Virus record (IMG/VR): IMGVR_UViG_3300037804_000252
Location: 1 to 64,000 of that record
Origin: a virus
Direction: 5' to 3' (one strand)
DNA: 64,000 bases
Below the pieces are notes generated by a model. That model searched no databases and was not told the origin of the DNA. It saw only the letters and a list, made by a program, of their open reading frames with translations. Positions 10,801 to 19,800 of this stretch are shown here, in pieces; position 1 is the first letter of the stretch, and the number at the start of each line of letters is the position of its first letter. The position numbers were made by a program, and so were the translations under genes.

Positions 10801-13800
10801 GAAGGTCAGTTGCAATAGCATCAACAATATGTCCAGTGTCTCTTCTACATTTTGATTCTGAGTAATAGAAATCACTCCAAGATGAGGATACAAATGCGAT
10901 TGTTTCCTCTTTAATGAAATCTCTATTGTTACTCAATAATTCAAATGACGCAGAAACATTTTGTGAAGCAGTTACATAAGTTCTACCTCTAACAATATTT
11001 TGTGCCATATTACCTGCGTAGATAATACCATCAAGTGTTTGTTGTAATTGAGAACCAGTTGCTTGAGATGGATATTCATAGTAATATACTCCATTAACAA
11101 GTGACGCAGAATTTGCGTTCCAAATTAAATCTTCGGCTGCTCCACTGATAATAAAACCAAGGTCTCTTCTACATTTTGTTTCATTATAATCAAATTCACC
11201 CCAAGATGAAGAAAGGAATGCTATTGTTTCATCTTGAATAAATGAAATATTATTTTTTAATAAATTATATGCATTGACACTTTTTGGAGCATCAATTGTT
11301 TCAGTATATTCAACAAGATTTGGTAATGAACTTGTTCCATTATTTAGTATATCAACAATAAGTCCAAATGATGAAGAAATTATTTTTTCTTGAACTCTAT
11401 CACCACTACTTCCAATTGTTTGACTAGTATTAGTGTATTTAATTAAATTATTAATATCACTATTTGTTTTAACTAAACTTGGTAAAGAACCTGTACCATT
11501 TTGGACTACATTTTCTATAATACTTCCTCTTTCTTTAACTAAATCAATTTCAGTTAATGAACCACCATATATTCCAATAAATTGTTCTACATTTCCAACC
11601 TTTATATTGTTAGATGTATTTGAAATTTGAATAGGTAGTGAACCAGTACCATTTTCTATGATATCATTTATAATTTTAACAGAAGAACTTACAATTTCTA
11701 ACTCATCAGTAACATTATATGTACCACTTGCTGTTACATAAGAACTAGTAGTTAAATTTTGTGGATTATCGAGTTCTGATGTTTGGAAATGTTTTGCTAT
11801 TGTAAATGGAATTTTGTCAGTTCCGAATCTAATAACATCATTTATTAAATCAACACTTGATGATATAATTCCAACCTCAGTAGAAGTACCACTTGTTGAT
11901 AAAGTAAATTGGTCTATATTGTTTACTTTAGTTTTTGAGTCTATATTTTTTACTTCAAATGGTAAAGTACTAACTGAATTATTTACTACTCTCTTAAACG
12001 TATGATTAGATTGAGGTAGGTGTTTTAATGCACCATTCGAAGCTGATACGAAAGTGTGAACTGATTGAGGTTCATGTTTTACTGCATTGTTAGATGCAGA
12101 TACAAATGTATGAATTGAACCACTTGCACTTCCACCATCACCTACATTAATTGTAAACGTTCCATCTTGTCTTTCTAATCCGTTAGTAGTTGCTGATACA
12201 AATGTATGTGAACCTACATATGGTGAAGAACCTATATTAATATCGAATGTATTTGTAGTTACATTAGAAATTTCTAACCATCTTCCACTTGGATAATCGT
12301 AATTAGGTCTTGGGTAAGATTTGGTAGTTGTATTACCATCTAATACACAAGTATAAGTTAGAGAGTTATCATCTAATTTGATGTAATCTCCATTTGAGAA
12401 CCCATGAGATGCGATTGTTATAGTAACATCACCAGTTGCCGAATCATATGGTGCATTAGTTACACTATGAGAAGTTGTACCAACTGAAGTAATTACAATT
12501 GATTTTCCTGCATATGGGTCTGAACCTGGTCTTGGGTAAGAATGAGTTGTAGCATCATTATCTTGGTCACAAGTAAATGCGAATGATTCATCTTCTAATA
12601 CCACACTTCTACCAACACCCAATCCATGTTGTCCAACAGTTACAATCATATCACCAGTTGATGCGTTATAATTAGCATCGGTTGGTGTAAAGTATTTGTT
12701 CGGACCAGATGCACCAACATTAAATGTTAATGTAGTATCGGTTACCGATGTGATTGGAATTGAACGTACTGCGAATGGGTCGATTCCTTCTCTTGGATAA
12801 GATTTAGTTGACTGGTCATTGTCCATATCACAAGTAAATGCGAATGATTCTGGTGACATAACAACACCCTCTCCAACACTTAAACTATGAGTTCCAACTG
12901 TAACTACAAACTCACCATTTGATGGGTCATAAGTTGCGTTAGTTGGATTAAATTCTATATTAGGACCTGATTTACCAACGTTTACAGTTATAGTATTTGT
13001 TGTTGTTGATTTTATTGGTAATCTATTGTTATATGCAGGTTGACCAACCGATGGTAATATATGTTCAGTCCTATTTCCATCCATATCACAAGTGAATACG
13101 AATGAATCTGGTCTTAGGTATAAACCATTTAATTTAGTTAATGTGTGATTTGGAATAGTCATTACAAAATCACCATTAGCTGGATTATAAGTTGCGTCTT
13201 CTGGAGTGAATGATTTTACACCATCAGTTATAATTCCAATAACTGACTCAAATGAAGAACTAATTTCTGATACTGAACTTCCACTTATTGCTATTGAATT
13301 AGTGTATTGTGTAGTATCAGTAAATCTAATATTATTTTCACTATTTTTTATTATAGAAGGAATAGTCAATAGTTCACTTTGTACTAGTTTTTTACTAACA
13401 GAATCTGCATATCTTATTGCTTGTATAGTTTCTTCTAATTGAACAGTAGTTGCTTCAGATGGGTATAAATAATAGTAAATACCAGCAACAACACTTCTTT
13501 GATTACCACCATATAAAAGGTCAGTTATGACTGCATCTATAATATACCCAGTGTCTCTTCTACATTTAACTCTATTATAAGTAAAATATGGATATGTTTG
13601 GTCTATAAAGTCTATAACATTATCTTGAATAATATCTTTGTTATTTAATATTAAATCATATGATTGTTTTTTGTCTAAAGAAGTAGTAGTAAATATAGTA
13701 TTCTGAATAAGTTTTTCTGCAACCCCAGCTGCGTGTCTGACTCCATCAACAGTTTGTTGTAATTGAGAACCAGTTGCTTCACTTGGGAATAAGTAATAGA

Positions 13801-16800
13801 ACTCACCAGCAGTTACACTTCTTTCATTACCACCATAAAGTGTATCGGTTGCAACTGCATCAATAATATATCCAGTATCTCTTCTACATTTAGACTCTAT
13901 ATACTCAAATCCACTCCAAGAAGATGAAATATAAGAAATAACTTCATCTTGGATAAATGATTTATTTTCAAATAATAAGTCATATGTTGCTTGTCTTTCT
14001 AAAGAAGCAGTTACTAGAGTTGTGTTAGTAATTAATTTATTTACAAGTCTTGACGCAAACGATATACCGTCTGATGTTTGTGATAGTTGAGAACCAGTAG
14101 CGTCAGATGGATATAAATAATAGAATTCACCAGCATTTACTGCTCTTTCATTTCCACCATATACAAAATCAGTTACAACTGCGTCTAAAATATATCCAAC
14201 ATCTCTTTTACATTTAGATTCATTGTAATCAAATGTACTCCAAGAAGATGATAGATAAGAAATTGTCTCATCTTGTATTAGTTGTTTATTTTCAGTTATT
14301 AAACTTGCTACACTTAATTTTTGTTCTGATGCTGTTACAAATAATTTATTTTGTAAAATGTTATCAGACATTGATTTTGCCCACTTAACACCATCAACTG
14401 TTTGAGATAGTTGTGAACCAGTAGCATCTGAAGGATATAGGTAGTAGAACTCACCTGCTACTCTACTTCTTTCGTTTCCTCCATAAAGTAAGTCAGTAGT
14501 AACTGCATCTAAAATATATCCAACATCTCTTGCACATTTAACATCATCATATTCAAAGTCTGCCCAAGATGAAGAAATGTATTCTACAACTTCAGTTTGA
14601 ATTAAGTTTCTATTTTGGAAAATTAAATCATATGCATTTGTTCTACTAAATGGTGCAGATGCAAATTGTGTATTTACTACAATATTTTCAGACAATCTTC
14701 TTGCGTAATTAATTGCGTCAACTGTTTGAGAAAGTTGAGAACCAGTAGCATCAGATGGGTATCTGAAATAGTAGTCTGCTGCCTCTATGGTTCTTTCATT
14801 ACCACCATAAAGAACATCAGTAGCAACAGCATCTATGATGTATCCCACATCTCTTTTACAAGTGGATTCTACATAATCAAATTCAGACCAACTTGCAGAG
14901 ATATACTCAATAGTTTCATCTTGAATAAATTGTTTGTTATCTCTTAATAATTGATGAGATGTAGATACCTCATTTGATGCAGTTACAAAAGTAGTTTGTT
15001 GTATTACTTTATCTGCTAATCTTCTTGCATAATCAATACCATCGAGTGTTTGTTGTAATTGAGAACCAGTTGCAGATGATGGATATAGATAGTAGAACTC
15101 ACCAGCATTTACACTTCGTTCATTACCACCATAAACTACATCAGTTTTTACAGCATCTATAATGTGACCAACATCTCTCTTACAAGTAATTTCAACATAA
15201 TCAAATGTAGACCACGAAGAACTTAAATAAGAAATTGTTTCATTCTGAATAAACTCTGTGTTTTCAGTTAATAAAGTTTGTGTATCTAATCTTTCTTGTG
15301 ATGCAGTTACAAATTCAATGTTCTGAATAAGTTTTTGTGCCAATCTACTTGCATAATTGATACCATCTAAAGTTTGATTTATTTGTGATGTTTCTGCAAG
15401 TGATGGGTTTTCAAAATAGAATCTACCATTAACAACCGATGCAGAGTTTGCATTGTATATTAAATCCTCTGCCGCACCACTTACAATAAATCCAACATCT
15501 CTTCTACACTTTTCTTCATCATAAGATGCGGTAGACCAAGATGAACTTAGATATGTAATTGTTTCTTCTTGAATAAAATCAATATTTTCTTTTATAATTT
15601 CATATGATGCAATTGCATTTTCAGTTGTCAATCTTGTTGTATAATCAACAAGAGTTGGTGCAGAATTTAATCCATTAGTAATAATACTTGTTACTATTGC
15701 AAATGAAGAAGATACAAAATCAACATCTTCAAGTGAACCACTATAAGATGATGAAATATATTGACCTACATTTCCAACTTTAATATTTTCGTTTACATTT
15801 TCAACAATTGTAGGAATACTACCAGTTCCGTTTTCAACTATATCTAATACAATTGCAAATGAAGAACTTACTTTTTCAATTTCAGTATTACTAACACTCA
15901 TTGAAACATTTTGATAAATGTTTGTATCAGTTACTTTAATACTTGCTGATGTGTTAAGAATTTCGGTTGGTAATACACTTGTACCATTTTTTAGAACATC
16001 AATGATTGTTGCATAAGATGAACTAACTAATTCAACTTCAGTATTAGTTGCTGATATAGATGAGGTAACTTGATTTGTAGAAGTTACTTTAATTAAATCC
16101 GAAATATTGTCATCTAATATAGGTAAAATATTTACTGAATTTTCATCTGTTCTAACAAAAGTATGAACTGATTGTGGTAAATGTTTTACTGCTCCATTTG
16201 ATGCTGATACGAATGTGTGAACCGTTTGTGGTTCGTGTTTTATAGCATTGTTTGATGCTGATACAAATGTGTGTATTGAACCACTTGCACTTCCACCATC
16301 TCCTACATTGATTGTAAATGTACCATCTTGTCTCTTTAATCCATCAGAAGTTGCTGATATAAATGTATGCGTGTTTGTGTAAGATGAAGAACCTATATTA
16401 ATATCAAATGTATCAGTTGTTACGTTTGATAACTCTAACCATCTTCCAGAAGGATAATCATAACCAGGTCTTGGATATGATTTTTCAACAGTATCACCAT
16501 CCAATACACAAGTATAAGTTAGAGAGTTATCATCTAATTTTATGTAATCCCCATTAGAGAACCCATGATTAGTTATTGTAATAGTTACATCACCAGTTGA
16601 TGCATTATAAGGTGCGTTAGTTACTGTATGTGATGTTGTTCCAACTGATGTGATTGGTATCGATTGTTCGGCGTATGGGTCAGAACCACTTCTTGGGTAA
16701 GAATGTGTAGTTGAATCTCCATCTTGGTCACAAGTGAAAGCAAAAGATTCATTTTCTAATACTACACTTCTATTTACACCTAATCCATGTTGACCAACTG

Positions 16801-19800
16801 TAACTACCATATCTCCACTCAATGCGTTGTAATTTACATCAGAAGGAGTAAAGTATTTATTTGGTCCAGAAGCACCAACATTAACAGTCATTGTTGTATC
16901 AGTAACATCCGTTATAATCATTGAACGACCAGCGTATGGGTCAATTCCAAATCTAGGATAAGATTTAGTAGATTGGTCATTGTCCATTTCACAAGTAAAT
17001 GCGAATGAACCAGTATCTAATACGATACCTTCCCCAACACTTAATGTGTGAGTTCCAGTTGTGATTACGAAATTACCAGTTGCAGGGTCATAAGTTGCGT
17101 TGGATGGAGTCCATTCAATATTCGGACCTGATTTACCAACGTTTACAGTTATAGTATTTGTTGTTGTTGATAATATCTCTAATTTATTATTGTAAGCAGG
17201 TTGACCAACTGATGGTAATTTATGTTCGGTTTTGTTACCATCCATATCACAAGTGAATACAAACGATTCTGAATTAAGATGTATATCAGTTCCAACAGAT
17301 AAACCATGGTTTGGAATTGTCATTACAAAGTTTCCATTTGATGGGTCATAAGTTGCCGTTGTTGGTGTAAATGAACCTACTCCATTTTCCAATATATTAA
17401 TTATTGTATCAAAAGAAGATGTTACAATATTTCTAATTCCATCAGTTGCATCAGTTGAAGATGTGTATTGTGAAATATTACTCTTTTTAATAGAACCAGT
17501 AATATTACCAACAACCGTTGGTAAGTTATCTAAACCATTTTCTAAAATATCAATTACGGTTGCGAATGATGAACTTACATTATGTGTATCATTTACAGAC
17601 GCCGATAACGATGAACTAAACTGACTATTGTTTGTTACCTTAATATTGTCTATCGTGTTGTATACAACCTCTATTTCACCCTTAGAAGGTACATCTATAT
17701 ATCTTTGAGTGTCTGATAGTGGTAAAGTGTCTACGATGTTAATAATACCACTAGATGAAACATTGTTTCCATTCACATAGAATAATCTATCAGGTGCATC
17801 AAATGGTACAATAAATGTTAATGTTCCAAAAGTAGTTCCATTGTTTGTTATACCACTTGTATATTGAAATTCAGTACCAGATTTTCTTTGTGTTTTAATA
17901 TAGAAAGGTTGTCTTTCATCTGGATTTATACTTCCACCATCTACTATATTTAGAGAGTTAACAGAGAAAGTATATAGTTCTCCTCTTTTTAGAGTAAGTG
18001 TTGGGTCTTTAATTCCATCATCATAAGAACCACTATCTTCTGGTAAGTTTTCTCCATCAATGTCATCAAAACTTGATAATTGATTTTTATTAAAATAAAA
18101 TGCATTGTAGTTACTATCTAAGGTAACCACTTCAAAATAAGTTGAAGCAGTTGATGAACCACTTAGTAAAGAACTTCCAGTTATTCCAAATTCTATTATA
18201 TCAGAAATACTAGCAAATGAAGATGAGACTTTATTAATTTCTGTTGAAGATGCCGTTACTGATGCTGTGTATTGTGAGTTATTATTAAATTTAATATTTC
18301 CATCAGTATTTTTTACAATAGTAATATCATTAGGTATATCTACACCTATTACAGTTTTTACCAAATTATCTCCATAAGAATCTTTTGGTATACCAACTGT
18401 TGATATAGGACTACCCTTTGAATCTGTTCCTACTGTTTCTTCAGTAACTATGGATGAACCACTTTCAATTATTTTTATTACAGTTTCATAGTTACTTGAA
18501 ATACTTTCAGTATATACGTTATCAAAACTTGTACTACTAGTTATTTGATTTCTACCACTTGTGTTTATGGGATTGGTTGTAGTCCAATCAATATCACTTG
18601 AATTTGCTGCTATAGCACCCAACACATTAGTGTCACCATATCTTATAATATCTTCAATAATACCAAATGACTGAGATACTATTTGTATTTCTGTTTCTCC
18701 ACCACTAACTGAACTCGTTGTTGGTGTATATGATGTTACTCTTATATTACCATCGGTGTTTAGAACAATCTGTGGTGTACTAATATTATTCGATAATACT
18801 ATTTGTCTTAAAAACCCTTGAGAGTATCTAATACCCTCTAATGTTTCTTCTAACTGAGTTGTATTAGCAATTGATGGATATAAGTAATAATATAATCCTG
18901 CTAACTCACTTCTTTCATTACCACCATATAATAAATCAGTTATTACATTATCAATAATATATCCAGTATCTCTTCTACACTTTGATTCGTTGTAAGAAAA
19001 TGTTGGATATTTTGTGTTTATATATGTAATCGTTTCGTTTTGTATTAAGGAACGATTTTTTCTTGCTAAATCAACTGCCGATTGTATTGATACCGATGAT
19101 GTTACGAATGTGTCATCGTTAACCAATTTTTGTGACAATCTTTTAGCATACTTAATACCATCTATTGTTTGTTGTTTTTGACCAGTTGTTCCATTATCAA
19201 CTGTTGCTAATGATGGATATTTGTAATAGAAGTTTCCTGCCTCTAATGTTCTTTCATTACCATCATACAATAAGTCAGTTCCAACTGCGTCAATTATGTA
19301 TCCTAAATCTCTTCTACACTTTGCTTCATTGTAATCAAAGGTTGACCAAGAAGATGATAGATACGAAATTGTTTCTTCTCTAATAAAATCTTTATTATTA
19401 AATAAAACATCATACCCATTATCAATGTCAGAATTTGTGTCTCTAAATGTTCTATTCTTTAATACATTTTCAGTAAGACCTCTAACGTATTTAATTGCTG
19501 TTAAAGTTGGGTCTTTTTGAGTTGTTGTAGCATCTGATGGATACTCATAGTAAAAAATACCATTTCTTACAGACTCTTCGTTACCACCATATAATAAATC
19601 ATGTGCTGCACCACTTACAATAAATCCAACATCTCTTTTACAAGTTTCTTGATTGTATTCAAACTCACTCCAAGAAGAAGATAGGTATTCAATAGTTTCA
19701 TCTTGTATAAAAGGTATATTGTTAATCAATAACTCATATGCGTTCTGATATTCAATGGTTGGGTTTGCTACCGAACTACTTTGTATGATGTCAGGTACGA

